This document shows, piece after piece, positions 1 through 11,386 of a DNA stretch of 64,000 nucleotides (position 1 is the stretch's first letter; every line of letters starts with the position of its first letter). The notes beneath the pieces were generated by a model, which had not been told where the DNA came from, made no database searches, and worked only from the letters and a program-made list of their open reading frames with translations. The stretch is from Bacillota bacterium. GTDB taxonomy: Bacteria; Bacillota; Clostridia; Christensenellales; UBA1242. The position numbers and the translations under genes are program-made. Where the stretch lies: the NCBI GenBank assembly GCA_009780375.1, contig WRAD01000002.1, positions 979 through 64,978 of the forward strand, written 5' to 3'.

Positions 1-1702
1 CCATATAGGACTTTGTCCATTTCATCATGAAAAAACACCAAGTTTCAGCATCAATGAAAACCAACAATTTTATTACTGCTTTGGCTGCCAGGCATCTGGT
101 AACGTTATAACACTTGTAAAACAACTTGAGAGCACAGACTATATTGGGGCAATTGAATACCTTGCAAAATGGGCAAATCTTGCAATGCCAACCGTTGCCA
201 TTGACCCAGACTATCTTGATAAAAAAAGAAAGAAAGAACGAACGCTTGAATGCCTTGAATCCGCATGTGCTTTTTATTGTGAACAACTTTATAAACCAGG
301 TAATAAACAAATGCTTGAATATCTTCATGGGCGAAATATCACAGATGAACTTATAAAAACCTTTAACATAGGTGCAAGCCCAGACTGGGATGCCGTTATA
401 AATCATCTCAGAAAAAAAGGCTTCAGTGATCAAGAAATCGTTGAAAGTGGGGTTGGGGCAAAAAGTGAAAAGGGCAAAGTATACGATGCAATGGCAGAGC
501 GTATAACATTCGCAATCTTTGATATTTATAACAGTTGTATAGGCTTTACCGGACGAACAATGGGCACCGATAAAGAAATCGCCAAATATCGCAATACCGC
601 TCAAACAATCGTCTTTGATAAGAGTAATCTTGTATACGGCGTAGATGTATTAAAGAAAAATAAACTTGCAAACTTTGTAGATAAACTTATTGTTGTTGAA
701 GGTAACATAGACGTTATCTCACTTGTAGGTGCAGGTTTTATAAATACTGTTGCAATAATGGGAACCGCATTAACTCCTTTTCATGCACGTGTCTTTAAAC
801 GCTTTTCACCAAATATTTATCTCTGTTTTGATGGTGATGTTGCCGGTCGCAAAGCCGCACTTCGCTCGCTTGATATTCTTTCAATCGAGGGCATAAATGT
901 ACGCGTAATTAAAATGCCCACGGATATTGATCCAGATATTTTTATAACACAAAATGGTTCTGAACATTTTAAAAATTTACTAGACAACGCAAAGCCCGCA
1001 ATTGACCATAAACTTGATACTCTTGAACAGTCCGCAAATTTAAAAGATAACCAAGGCAAATCAACGTATATCAAAGCGGCGATTGAAACAATCAAAAATC
1101 TTACAATTTCAGAGGCAGATTTATATATCCCCAAAATTTCAAAAGTCGCAGGGGTCACACATGAATCCCTACATCGTGATTTGGCAATCTTGCATTCAGG
1201 GACAAGGACAAGTCACACAAATTCACAAGATATTCATTCAAGCAACTCGCCTCCCCAAAAACCAATCCTTAACAAATATGTTGAATCGCTTAACTTTATC
1301 CTCGCTTGTTTGCTTCATGGCAAAATTATCATAACTGAGGAAATTATTGAAAAGTTGCAACTTAAAAACATTCACTATATGCAACTTCTGGATCTTCTTC
1401 ATGACTATAAAAAACAGTCCAAAGTTTGCAACATAGGATTAATACTTGAAGATTTAGAGGATCAAGAAAAAGAACAACTTAAACATCTTATTGATTTCGA
1501 ATTTATTCTCCAAGATAATGAAATCGAGCCTGAATTCAACAGAATGCTTGTAATAATAGAAAATTTAATTTTAACCAGAGAACGAGACGAACTTCTTAAA
1601 AAGGCAACATCACTTGCAAGCATAGACGATATAACAAATTTAACAAAACAGATTCAAAACATCCAAGAAAAATTGAACAAACTAAACAAAAGGACAGGAT
1701 AA
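1..1702 (+). CDS. dnaG: DNA primase DnaG (5' end outside window)
   Basis: Frame is open from nt 2. The N-terminal part reads [34 protein letters not shown] (CHC2 zinc finger). TOPRIM-type motifs [11 protein letters not shown] and [12 protein letters not shown] are present. It lies directly upstream of rpoD, as in the conserved dnaG-rpoD operon. Confidence 0.9.
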   Translation, partial: HIGLCPFHHEKTPSFSINENQQFYYCFGCQASGNVITLVKQLESTDYIGAIEYLAKWANLAMPTVAIDPDYLDKKRKKERTLECLESACAFYCEQLYKPGNKQMLEYLHGRNITDELIKTFNIGASPDWDAVINHLRKKGFSDQEIVESGVGAKSEKGKVYDAMAERITFAIFDIYNSCIGFTGRTMGTDKEIAKYRNTAQTIVFDKSNLVYGVDVLKKNKLANFVDKLIVVEGNIDVISLVGAGFINTVAIMGTALTPFHARVFKRFSPNIYLCFDGDVAGRKAALRSLDILSIEGINVRVIKMPTDIDPDIFITQNGSEHFKNLLDNAKPAIDHKLDTLEQSANLKDNQGKSTYIKAAIETIKNLTISEADLYIPKISKVAGVTHESLHRDLAILHSGTRTSHTNSQDIHSSNSPPQKPILNKYVESLNFILACLLHGKIIITEEIIEKLQLKNIHYMQLLDLLHDYKKQSKVCNIGLILEDLEDQEKEQLKHLIDFEFILQDNEIEPEFNRMLVIIENLILTRERDELLKKATSLASIDDITNLTKQIQNIQEKLNKLNKRTG

Positions 1703-1707
1703 CAAAA

Positions 1708-3105
1708 ATGGGAATATTCAAAAAAACAAAAGCAGTTGCCGAGCAATCAAACATTGAAAAAAAGCAAGTTGCGACAAGGCTCGAAACAAAAAAGCCAATT
1801 TCAACACCAACCAATGCCAAAATAAGAGTAAAACCAGAAAATAAAACCCAACAAGTTAAAAAAGAAAAACCCATCGAGAAGGCAACTTCGAAAACTGTGA
1901 CGACAAAAAAAGAGAAAGTGATTCAAGAAAAAACTGAGGAAAATAAAATTGCCGAAATCGTCGTTGTTCCAAAATCAATCGGCGGTATAAAAGTCATAGA
2001 AAAACAGGCAACTGGAGATGCCGAATGTGAATCAACCGCAGAGTACAGTAAGCCAGAAATAGAAAGTCTTCTCAGAAGAGTAATTGAAACCGCAAGTGGC
2101 AAGGGTCATATAGATGAGGACGAAGTCCATATAAGTTTTGCCGAAATCGATGCCACTGCCGATGATCTTCTAAAGGTTAAAACCGCAATTAAAGATGCCG
2201 GCATAATGTTAAAACAGGCAGAAGAGGACAAATTGCCAGATCCAGACGTTGAAAAAATAATTGCCGCCGCATCCGTTGACGACAGTGTTAAGAGTTACCT
2301 CAGAGAAATTGGTCGTTATCCACTTCTCACAAGTGAAGAAGAATATAACATTGCAAAAGCAATGTTTGAAGGTGATGAATCGGCGCGAATGAAACTTAAC
2401 CAGGCCAACTTGCGTCTTGTTGTACATATCGCAAAACGTTATACAGGACGAACTAATCTTCAATTCCAAGATCTTATCCAAGAGGGTAATATGGGTCTCA
2501 TGCGTGCGGTTGTAAAATTTGATTACCGCAAGGGCTTTCGTTTTTCTACATATGCAACATGGTGGATACGTCAATCCATAACCCGTGCAATCGCCGATCA
2601 AGGACGTACAATTCGTATCCCTGCACATATGGTAGAAAAGATTAATAAACTCATGAAAACGTCAAGAATGCTTCAACAAGATTTGGGGCGAGAACCAACG
2701 GTAAACGAACTTGCCGATGCAATGGGAATTACCGCTGAAAAAATCGAAGAGATTAAACGAACCTCACAAGACACAACAAGTATCGATTCCCCTCTGGGTG
2801 AAGACGGTGACGGTGTTCTTGGTGATACAATTGCCGACACAACAATCGAAGATCCTGCATCACGGGCCCAGTCACTTATGCTTCGTGATCAATTACTTCT
2901 TGTCATAGATACGTTAACTCCGCGTGAACAAAAGGTCGTACGTCTTCGTTATGGCATAGACGATGGCAAGCCACGAACACTTGAAGAGGTTGGTAAAATT
3001 TTTAATGTAACACGTGAACGTATACGCCAAATCGAAGCAAAGGCACTTCGCAAACTTCGTAACCCGATGCGTACAAGACGTCTTCGTGACTTTCATGAAG
3101 AATAG
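1708..3105 (+). CDS. rpoD: Primary RNA polymerase sigma factor (sigma-70/SigA)
   Basis: Contains [54 protein letters not shown] (regions 2-3) and [28 protein letters not shown] (region 4.2). It has a Lys/Glu-rich N-terminal extension. Confidence 0.95.
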   Translation: MGIFKKTKAVAEQSNIEKKQVATRLETKKPISTPTNAKIRVKPENKTQQVKKEKPIEKATSKTVTTKKEKVIQEKTEENKIAEIVVVPKSIGGIKVIEKQATGDAECESTAEYSKPEIESLLRRVIETASGKGHIDEDEVHISFAEIDATADDLLKVKTAIKDAGIMLKQAEEDKLPDPDVEKIIAAASVDDSVKSYLREIGRYPLLTSEEEYNIAKAMFEGDESARMKLNQANLRLVVHIAKRYTGRTNLQFQDLIQEGNMGLMRAVVKFDYRKGFRFSTYATWWIRQSITRAIADQGRTIRIPAHMVEKINKLMKTSRMLQQDLGREPTVNELADAMGITAEKIEEIKRTSQDTTSIDSPLGEDGDGVLGDTIADTTIEDPASRAQSLMLRDQLLLVIDTLTPREQKVVRLRYGIDDGKPRTLEEVGKIFNVTRERIRQIEAKALRKLRNPMRTRRLRDFHEE

Positions 3106-3127
3106 AGAAATTAATATGAAAAAACGT

Positions 3128-3156
3128 TTGACAATAAATTTTTCTTATAATATAAT
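3128..3156 (+). promoter_or_regulatory. Sigma-70-type promoter (TTGACA-17 nt-TATAAT)
   Basis: TTGACA at 3128-3133, a 17-nt spacer, and TATAAT at 3151-3156, about 50 nt upstream of the 3207 ATG. Confidence 0.55.
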
Positions 3157-3206
3157 GATATTATTGAAACTGGGTATCAATAAAACTTATTTAAGGAGAA
3201 AACACT

Positions 3207-3701
3207 ATGAAAGAAAACACTGCACGATCAATAATGACGGTAGACTTCCAATATGCACATCGTTTCATGAACTGGGACAGAGAGGCAAAACATTTGCATG
3301 GCCATTCTGGACTTCTTACCGTTGAATTGGAAAATACTGTTGATGTAAAAACAGGCTTTGCTTTTCCTTGTAAAGAGGCACAAAAAATCGCATGGGCCGA
3401 GGCACTTGATAACTTTCATCATGCAACACTTTTACAAGAAGGCGACCCACTTTTGCCGGTAATGATAGAAACATATCAAAAACACGGAATTATTAATGAT
3501 CCAAAACATTGTATACCGCTTAAAAAAATTAATCATCCACTTGCTTGGTCGTATCCTGAATACAGAATCGTGGTAACAAAAAAAGTCTCTACATGTGAAA
3601 ATCTTTGCGAACTCTTTTACGAACTTCTTAAAGATAAAATGCCAATCAAAAAAATTACTTTCCGTTCATCACTTATGAACGCGGCAACAATGGAATTTTA
3701 A
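3207..3701 (+). CDS. 6-pyruvoyl-tetrahydropterin synthase / QueD-family protein
   Basis: FQYAHRF..AKHLHGHSGLLTVEL..VDVKTGFAFP..LDNFHHATLL follows the PTPS/QueD pattern (AAHRL..C..LHGHS..VD..TG..DF..LDHH.L). The Cys that usually precedes the HGH motif is not evident. Confidence 0.65.
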   Translation: MKENTARSIMTVDFQYAHRFMNWDREAKHLHGHSGLLTVELENTVDVKTGFAFPCKEAQKIAWAEALDNFHHATLLQEGDPLLPVMIETYQKHGIINDPKHCIPLKKINHPLAWSYPEYRIVVTKKVSTCENLCELFYELLKDKMPIKKITFRSSLMNAATMEF

Positions 3702-3710
3702 TTTTCGCGC

Positions 3711-4619
3711 TTATCTCGTTCCGGCCGCCTCTACAATTACAAGATTTGCTTTGCTTGTAACGCTTACAATGTCATTTGTTGTATTAACCAATCGAAGGAG
3801 TGTGCTGTTCCCGGTTGTCTTGACAAGGGCAGAACCTGTAACCGTTCCAACTACAATAGGCAAATACGACTCTGAATATATTATACCATCCACACTTAAA
3901 CTAAAACTTACAGACGGTGATGTGTCTGTGCCATCTACTGGAACTTGCCAACTTATATAATACGTTCCTGGTTGGATAATATAAAAATTTCCTGCACTAT
4001 AATCAATTCGGGTTGGGTCTTCAATTAAAATAACTGTGTCAAAAATAATAGGCTCGTTTGCTTGAACCAAAACTGTACTTGTTGTTTGAACATGAACACC
4101 ACTTAAATCTGATGGTCCTGTTGCACCTTGAATGCCTTGCGGTCCGGTTGGTCCTATCGCACCATCTTGACCAGGAACACCATCTGCGCCGGTCGGGCCT
4201 GTTACACCTTGGGCACTGCTTTCAAGTAAAAATACACTAAGACCTGCCGTTACATCGGTTACTTCTGAAAATGCGGCACTTGCATCTGATGTATTCCATA
4301 ATTCAATTGTTTCACCAATTGTGTAAACGGTTAAAAGTCCAAACCCTGACACAGGCGATACTTTATGATGACCGCCTGCCGCAATTAATTGACCATCTGA
4401 GCATCGGATTGCAAAATTGCTTCCTTTGGTTGACAAACTTGTTTGCTGTGCAACAAACCAGTTCACAAAAAATGTTCCCGTCACTGCAAATGTAACCGTG
4501 CCGTTATTATAAGCTATGTCTGCGCCACTGTCTATTACAATGTTATCGAATAACACTGGTGCATTTTGGGCAACACTTCCGCCTGTTATGGTTCGTTCAA
4601 GTTGAATAAATGTTGACAT
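3711..4619 (-). CDS. Collagen-like repeat protein with two C1q/TNF-like (BclA C-terminal type) globular domains
   Basis: A central GXY run ([32 protein letters not shown]) is flanked by two paralogous beta-rich domains (..TGTFFVNWFVAQQT.. and ..PGTYYISWQVPVDG..). A strong SD (AGGAGG) lies 7 nt upstream of the ATG. Confidence 0.75.
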   Translation of the reverse strand: MSTFIQLERTITGGSVAQNAPVLFDNIVIDSGADIAYNNGTVTFAVTGTFFVNWFVAQQTSLSTKGSNFAIRCSDGQLIAAGGHHKVSPVSGFGLLTVYTIGETIELWNTSDASAAFSEVTDVTAGLSVFLLESSAQGVTGPTGADGVPGQDGAIGPTGPQGIQGATGPSDLSGVHVQTTSTVLVQANEPIIFDTVILIEDPTRIDYSAGNFYIIQPGTYYISWQVPVDGTDTSPSVSFSLSVDGIIYSESYLPIVVGTVTGSALVKTTGNSTLLRLVNTTNDIVSVTSKANLVIVEAAGTR

Positions 4620-5074
4620 AGGTCAAACCTCCTGTTTAATGTTGAGTTTACCTGCACAATAGTTATATTTGCAATCGGACTTACTTCAGATAACTGAACA
4701 ATATCGCCGGTATCATTAACAAGTGCAATTTCTGTCGGTGTTCTTTTTACCGTGACAATATTAGAACCACTTATTTCACCCACAGATGTTGGGCGTGAAG
4801 ATGGACCACGAATTTGTCCGTTAACCATCAAGGCAAAACGTACAAAAGGTCTTTGATTTGTTCCATTAACCGAGATATTCCAATTTACAAGGTACACACC
4901 TGCAGTGCAAAGCCTAAATATTCCATCTCTATTCATGCAAATACCGGCACCCGATTTTTCAATAACTTTGTCAAAGGTAATAACTTCCTTATCGGTCAAG
5001 TTTTTTTCTGGATGCACTATTAATTGTGCTTGCAAGCTGTTTTCATTTGTTCGTTCCATCGCAAAGGACTTCAT
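4586..5074 (-). CDS. Single-domain C1q/BclA-C-like protein, paralog of its neighbours
   Basis: ..CTAGVYLVNWNISVNGTNQRPFVRFALMVNGQ..IALVNDTGDIVQL.. matches the domains in 3711..4619. The start is uncertain (ATG at 5074 or 5059; the track ORF begins with TTG at 5128). Its 3' end overlaps the next gene by 34 nt. Confidence 0.55.
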   Translation of the reverse strand: MKSFAMERTNENSLQAQLIVHPEKNLTDKEVITFDKVIEKSGAGICMNRDGIFRLCTAGVYLVNWNISVNGTNQRPFVRFALMVNGQIRGPSSRPTSVGEISGSNIVTVKRTPTEIALVNDTGDIVQLSEVSPIANITIVQVNSTLNRRFDLCQHLFNLNEP

Positions 5075-5108
5075 ATTCCAGCGTATGCAATAATCAAGAA
5101 TTGTGTGA

Positions 5109-5981
5109 CTATATAAATGCCGGATCAACCAAAATCAATGCCTGGGTAAATTTAAATGTTGTGCCTGCATTTACGTTTATATTGTTTGACGGTCGGATAT
5201 ATATGCCTGTACTGTCAATATAAATTGGCATTGCTTGAGGCACTCCTGTGCCGCCCGACGAAAACCAAACCGTTCCTATTGTCGGATCGCCCTGATACCA
5301 TGCAAGTTCTGGAAATTGTACAGGTGTAACCAAATAGATATTTGTTTGTGTCCATGCTTGATTGGCATTTAATGTGCCAACACCCCAGAAATTAAATGTA
5401 GGACCAATACTGATTACCGAAGCACCAAGACCCATCAACACGGTCGTAGTTGACATCCTTGTTCTTACATCCGAGATAGTAATACTTCTTTCAATCTCAG
5501 CAAGTTTTTTACTCAAAGTAAGAAGATCAATACCATCAAGCATAATACCTGCTTTTGTATGAGCATGAGTTGAAAGTTTTACCACAGTATCCGAGGAATT
5601 AAACAAAGCAACCGTTGCTTTTCCATACAAATTTATTTCTTCTTCTGTTACATCAACAGTACTAAAACCCGATGATGAGGCAAACTTGGCGTGACTTGTC
5701 CCACTTGCAATTGATACCCAAACGCCGGGGCTTGTATCATAATTCATCTTTCTAAGCACAAAGGACTGGCCTTCATTTCCAAGTCCGGTCATTTGCGAGA
5801 CAAACCATTGAATATTAAAAACACCAATATTGAATATATCAATAGAACCATCGATATTGTATTGAAAATCGGGTTGTGTATCGGTCATGCTAAATGAAAT
5901 TGGTGTATCAAATTGCACAATCGCATCTTTTGCTATCTGGGTATCAATATTGCGTTCACGTTGAATATAATACATTTTCAT
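5109..5981 (-). CDS. Two-domain C1q/BclA-C-like surface protein, paralog
   Basis: The N-terminal domain (..IGVFNIQWFVSQMTGLGNEGQSFVLRK..ATVALFNSSDTVVKL..) is of the same type as its neighbours. The C-terminal domain is a second beta-rich domain. Confidence 0.6.
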   Translation of the reverse strand: MKMYYIQRERNIDTQIAKDAIVQFDTPISFSMTDTQPDFQYNIDGSIDIFNIGVFNIQWFVSQMTGLGNEGQSFVLRKMNYDTSPGVWVSIASGTSHAKFASSSGFSTVDVTEEEINLYGKATVALFNSSDTVVKLSTHAHTKAGIMLDGIDLLTLSKKLAEIERSITISDVRTRMSTTTVLMGLGASVISIGPTFNFWGVGTLNANQAWTQTNIYLVTPVQFPELAWYQGDPTIGTVWFSSGGTGVPQAMPIYIDSTGIYIRPSNNINVNAGTTFKFTQALILVDPAFI

Positions 5982-6102
5982 AATAATTTATTATATTTAC
6001 GGTCGCTTATTTAAGTGATTACCTAGCAATGCAAAGCATAAATGCATGATTATATATGTAACCCCTTGGAATTATCCAAGGGGTGTCTTAACTTCGTAAT
6101 AT

Positions 6103-7389
<1,287 letters not shown>

Positions 7390-7498
7390 TTATTTGGCCA
7401 TAGCCTAATTCATGTTATGTATATCAAATTATTGTGGTGCAGTTATAAATTGACAACAGATTCTTGCGATGAATAGATTGAGTAAGGGGTGATAGCAT

Positions 7499-8569
7499 AT
7501 GACTTCAATAAGTTTGTGTATGATTGTAAAGAATGAGGAGGCGGTTCTTGAACGAGTTTTATCAAGTGCCAAAGGCATTTATGATGAACTAATAATTGTA
7601 GATACTGGGTCAAACGACAAAACAAAAAAAATAGCAAAAAAATATACCGATAAAGTTTATGATTTTAAATGGATAGATGATTTTGCAAAAGCACGTAACT
7701 ATGCCTTTTCTCATGCAACAAAGGATTATATTATGTGGCTTGATGCAGACGATGTGTTTTTGGAACAAGATCGAAAAAAAATTCTTCAACTTAAAAAAAA
7801 ATTGGATTCACACTATGACATTGTTACAATGAAATACAATGTTGGCTTTGATGAAAACGGAAATCCAACTTTTCAATCAACACGTGAAAGACTTTTCAAA
7901 AGAGAAAAGAACTTTGAATGGCAAGATCCGGTTCATGAATATATCGCTCTGGGAGGTAGTGTCTTATACATTACAGATATTGCCATAACACATAAACCAA
8001 ATAAAAAAGTTCGTACCGATCGCAATCTTAAAATCTATGAAAAAATATTGGCCAAAGAAGGTGACTTGTCGCCACGCAGTAAATATTATTATGCAAGAGA
8101 ACTGAAAGATCATGGCAGATGGCAAGATTCTGTAGATTGGTTTAATAAATTTCTATCCGAGAATAAAGGCTGGAAAGAAGACAATATTGCATCATGTTAT
8201 AATCTTGCAATTTGCTATCAAATGTTGGGTCAACCTGATAAACAATTTGATGCTTTGCAACAAAGTTTTATTTACGATGCACCTCGGGCTGAGATATGTT
8301 GCTTGGTTGGTTATTTTTATAAAAACAAAGGTGACTTTGCAATCGCTGCTTCGTGGTTTGAAACCGCACTTAATCTACCAAAGCAAGACACTATTGGATT
8401 TGTCCTGAAAGATTATCATGTGTTCATTCCTGCGATTGAACTTGCCGTTTGTTATGATAAATTGCAACAATACGATAAAGCAAATACTTTTAATGAACTT
8501 GCAGGAAAATCAAAACCAGATTCAAGGCAGTATTTGCAAAATAAAAACTATTTTACCACCAAAATATAA
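7499..8569 (+). CDS. Family-2 glycosyltransferase fused to TPR-like repeats
   Basis: The N-terminus SLCMIVKNEE..IIVDTGSNDKT..ARNYAF..WLDADDV carries the GT-A/GT2 DxD-type motifs. The C-terminal half looks like helical TPR repeats (YNLAICYQMLGQPDKQ, YFYKNKGDFAIAASWFETAL). Confidence 0.8.
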   Translation: MTSISLCMIVKNEEAVLERVLSSAKGIYDELIIVDTGSNDKTKKIAKKYTDKVYDFKWIDDFAKARNYAFSHATKDYIMWLDADDVFLEQDRKKILQLKKKLDSHYDIVTMKYNVGFDENGNPTFQSTRERLFKREKNFEWQDPVHEYIALGGSVLYITDIAITHKPNKKVRTDRNLKIYEKILAKEGDLSPRSKYYYARELKDHGRWQDSVDWFNKFLSENKGWKEDNIASCYNLAICYQMLGQPDKQFDALQQSFIYDAPRAEICCLVGYFYKNKGDFAIAASWFETALNLPKQDTIGFVLKDYHVFIPAIELAVCYDKLQQYDKANTFNELAGKSKPDSRQYLQNKNYFTTKI

Positions 8570-8630
8570 CTTCGCCTTGTTACATAGGCTGGTATAGGAA
8601 GTCACCAAAGTGGCTTGCAGGAGGTAAACA

Positions 8631-9830
8631 ATAAGAGACGAAATAATTAACAAGTTCTGTGGCTGCAACAATAATCATCACCGTTGTCCACCACATTGTT
8701 TAAGATGTTGTCAAGGTCCACAAGGCCCACAAGGCGAAAGAGGTCCACGTGGATGCCAAGGCTTTCAAGGTAATCCAGGGCCACAAGGTCCGACAGGCCC
8801 AGCTGGAACGGATGGTTTAATAGGTCCAACAGGCTCAACAGGAGCCGATGGTATGATGGGGCCAACCGGACCGCAAGGCATCCAAGGCGTTACAGGACCA
8901 CAAGGAGATATCGGTGTAACAGGAATCACAGGACCAACAGGAGCAACAGGTTCTGATGGCGCAATGGGTTCAACTGGACCGCAAGGAATTCAAGGTCCAC
9001 AAGGTGTTGCGGGAACGGTTGGAACCATTGTCGGCTCGCTATCCGATCCGTCACAATTGCCTGCCATCGGTGTGCCTGGTGAATTTTATTATATCAATCC
9101 AGATTTGTGGGTGTGGGATTCAGTAACAGGAACATGGCTTGATGTTGGGCAAATTGCAGGGCCACAGGGCGTCACAGGACCACAAGGAAATGCCGGAGCA
9201 ACCGGTCCGACCGGCCCAACTGGTGCAACCGGAACATTTGCCGTAGGTGCACCATTGTTTAATGCGATTGGTCCGAACGGAGTAACAATTCCCGTTAATT
9301 ATGGTGATAACATGATATTCCAAACAACGACACCAACTGCTTTGAATATTACTGTGACCGCTGGTTCGGCTGTTATGACACTTGATCCAAGTGCTTTGGT
9401 TACACAAGTTAATACAAATACAACAAATATCACGACTAACACGTCAGCAATTGCATCAAATACAACTAGCTTGGCGAATGCAATTAACTATCCGGTTGGC
9501 ACAGAAATAATTACTGGAGCAACCGCAGGAGGTAAAGCAGTTTATAGGCAAGCATGGAATTTATCTATAACACAGGCAGCAAATGCCGAAAATACTGCAA
9601 CATTGATTACAACCGCTGGTTATGTGACAGGAATAATTAATGCAGGTGGATACTGGTCATCTGGAAGTTCTGTGGAAAAATTTATGATAAGTTCGTATAT
9701 AACCCCTGGGGCCCAGTATTATGGTACTGTTTCAGTGAATACCTCGAATCAACTTGTATTCAGAAGCATGTCAGGAAGTGCAAGAACTACATCTTCTGGA
9801 TTCGTTTGGGTAGATTACACAAAGACGTAA
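8631..9830 (+). CDS. Collagen-like protein with a tail-fibre-like C-terminal domain and probable non-canonical (ATA) start
   Basis: The frame is open from 8628 and already encodes a Cys-rich N-terminus plus GXY triplets ([16 protein letters not shown]..) upstream of the first ATG at 8853. There is no ATG, GTG, TTG or CTG in between. AGGAGGT at 8619-8625 lies 5 nt before ATA at 8631. Confidence 0.6.
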   Translation: MRDEIINKFCGCNNNHHRCPPHCLRCCQGPQGPQGERGPRGCQGFQGNPGPQGPTGPAGTDGLIGPTGSTGADGMMGPTGPQGIQGVTGPQGDIGVTGITGPTGATGSDGAMGSTGPQGIQGPQGVAGTVGTIVGSLSDPSQLPAIGVPGEFYYINPDLWVWDSVTGTWLDVGQIAGPQGVTGPQGNAGATGPTGPTGATGTFAVGAPLFNAIGPNGVTIPVNYGDNMIFQTTTPTALNITVTAGSAVMTLDPSALVTQVNTNTTNITTNTSAIASNTTSLANAINYPVGTEIITGATAGGKAVYRQAWNLSITQAANAENTATLITTAGYVTGIINAGGYWSSGSSVEKFMISSYITPGAQYYGTVSVNTSNQLVFRSMSGSARTTSSGFVWVDYTKT

Positions 9831-9873
9831 GAAGAAGATTTATAAACGAAAACTGTTTTATTTCTCTCGGTCT

Positions 9874-9959
9874 TGGCAGAGAGGACAGGATTCGAACCTG
9901 CGGTGCTTTCGCACACGACCTTTCCAAGGTCGCACATTAGACCACTCTGACACCTCTCT
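9874..9959 (-). tRNA. tRNA-Ser (anticodon GGA), encoded CCA
   Basis: The reverse complement reads AGAGAGGTGTCAGAGTGG..CGACCTTGGAAAGGTCG..long variable arm..GCAGGTTCGAATCCTGT CCTCTCT G CCA. It folds as a cloverleaf with a type-II variable arm. Confidence 0.85.
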
Positions 9960-10031
9960 ATGTTTCAGTATAATTAAATTAAATTTAAATGTCAACCGTG
10001 TGGCTTTTCTTTCAATTACTTTTTGTAATAT

Positions 10032-10511
10032 CTACAAAGTAATGCCTTCCAATTGCAGCAATGTAATTTTGGCGGACATTCCCCATCTGAACCCAACAAG
10101 AGTGCCATTTTTGCCAAGAACCCGGTGACATGGAATGATTATTGGAATCGGATTACGATTGTTTGCCATGCCAACCGCACGTGCCGCTTTGGGACTTTGT
10201 GCCATTTCTGCAAGTTTTGAATAACTTGTCGTTTGTCCAAATTTAATATCTTTAACCATAATTGCCCATACTCTTTGTAAGAAATCACCACCTTGTGGAT
10301 TAAGTGGAATATCGAATTGTTTTCTTTTGCCTGCAAAATATTCTTGTAATTGCAGTGTGGTTTTTTCAAGTACAATTGTGTCTTTATTATCGTTGATAAC
10401 CATATTTGGGTGGGGTAGTGTTTCGTTTTCAAAAAGTATCTTGGTTAAAAAACCATGTTCGGCAACAAGTGTTAATTTCCCAATTGGTGTTTCTATTGTT
10501 GTATTATTCAT
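10032..10511 (-). CDS. ogt: Methylated-DNA--protein-cysteine methyltransferase
   Basis: Active-site motif IPCHRVLGKNG, plus the upstream TSYSKLAEMAQSPKAARAVGMANNRNPIPIIIPCHRV. Confidence 0.9.
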   Translation of the reverse strand: MNNTTIETPIGKLTLVAEHGFLTKILFENETLPHPNMVINDNKDTIVLEKTTLQLQEYFAGKRKQFDIPLNPQGGDFLQRVWAIMVKDIKFGQTTSYSKLAEMAQSPKAARAVGMANNRNPIPIIIPCHRVLGKNGTLVGFRWGMSAKITLLQLEGITL

Positions 10512-10568
10512 TAATCAAGTGTATCACAGTTGAACATCTTAATAATGCGTTTAATCCGAGATTTTAAC

Positions 10569-10600
10569 AAAAAAGCACTCAGGTCAAGTGAGTGTTTTTT
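10569..10600 (-). terminator. Rho-independent terminator downstream of 10698..11306
   Basis: Stem CACTCA / TGAGTG with a 7-nt loop, flanked by an A6 run and a T6 run. It could work in both directions. Confidence 0.7.
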
Positions 10601-10666
10601 GCAGTATGGGAATTATCACTTTCATAATTTGTACTAGGATTTTGGATTTAATGCAGCGTATACGTG
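10601..10666 (-). repeat. Intergenic repeat family, copy D
   Basis: The reverse complement reads ..CGCTGCATTAAATCCAAAATCCTAGTACAAATTATGAAAGTGATAATTCCCATACTGC. It lies between a stop codon and a terminator, like the other copies. Confidence 0.6.
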
Positions 10667-10697
10667 TTTTTGTTTTTTGGTTTGTTAATGAAATGGA

Positions 10698-11306
10698 TTA
10701 GATTTTGCTTTCTTTCATTCTGATGCAAATGTGCTTGATAAAATCAACAAGTATAGCAAGTACAGTTGCAAATGCAAGGGCACCAGCGACAATTGAAATC
10801 ACGCGTTCATCTGTGAAGAATGCAATTCCGGCAAATAATGTGAATAATGAAAACAATGCGAGTATTGTAAGTAACATTATCATTTTCATTCCCATTTTCT
10901 TCATAACTGTGCCGGCAAGGATTGTAAATATAACAACCGTCCATGCCATAAAGAAGATTCCAATTGTGTTTCCGCTTGGGTATTCACCACGAATTGTTCC
11001 TGTTATAAAGAAGAAGAATGTTAAGAAGAATAAACTGAATAAAACGAAAGATGTTGCACGATATGAATTACCTTTAACATATTCAAGAATTCCCGCAATT
11101 ACAGGTGCAATGAAACCCATTGTAAGAACCGTTGCAAATACCGCACTGTTGAATGTGATGATTTCGCAAAAGGCAAATGCCAACATGAACAATGCAACCG
11201 CGATCCCCGCCATTCCAAATTTTGTTGGGTTGCTTAGACCGTTACTTGCGTTCTTATCGTTTTTGCCAACACCTTGTTTTTCGACTGTTGTACTTTTTTC
11301 CGCCAT
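10698..11306 (-). CDS. GPR1/FUN34/YaaH (SatP-like) family membrane protein
   Basis: Six predicted TM segments. NPTKFGMAG resembles the family NPAPLGL motif, and AGILEYVKGNSYRATSFVLFSLFF resembles AGIxEFxxGNTFGATAFxSYGAFW. Confidence 0.6.
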   Translation of the reverse strand: MAEKSTTVEKQGVGKNDKNASNGLSNPTKFGMAGIAVALFMLAFAFCEIITFNSAVFATVLTMGFIAPVIAGILEYVKGNSYRATSFVLFSLFFLTFFFFITGTIRGEYPSGNTIGIFFMAWTVVIFTILAGTVMKKMGMKMIMLLTILALFSLFTLFAGIAFFTDERVISIVAGALAFATVLAILVDFIKHICIRMKESKI

Positions 11307-11386
11307 AATTTTTTCCTTTTAGTTTGTAGAATAGGGAATAGTCTACGCACTTTGTTGAAAAATATACGTGAAAATTAAACTTCTTC

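Noticed and set aside
126-356. 76-aa ORF overlapping the dnaG 5' region, and similar short out-of-frame ORFs nested in annotated genes throughout the track.
   Set aside because: They are nested within genes that have clear homology and have no independent support.
10705-11322. 205-aa plus-strand ORF covering the whole SatP-like gene. A similar case is 53376..54173 (+) opposite the ykvI-like gene.
   Set aside because: These are mirror ORFs opposite membrane-protein genes. The minus-strand products carry family motifs and sensible TM topology.
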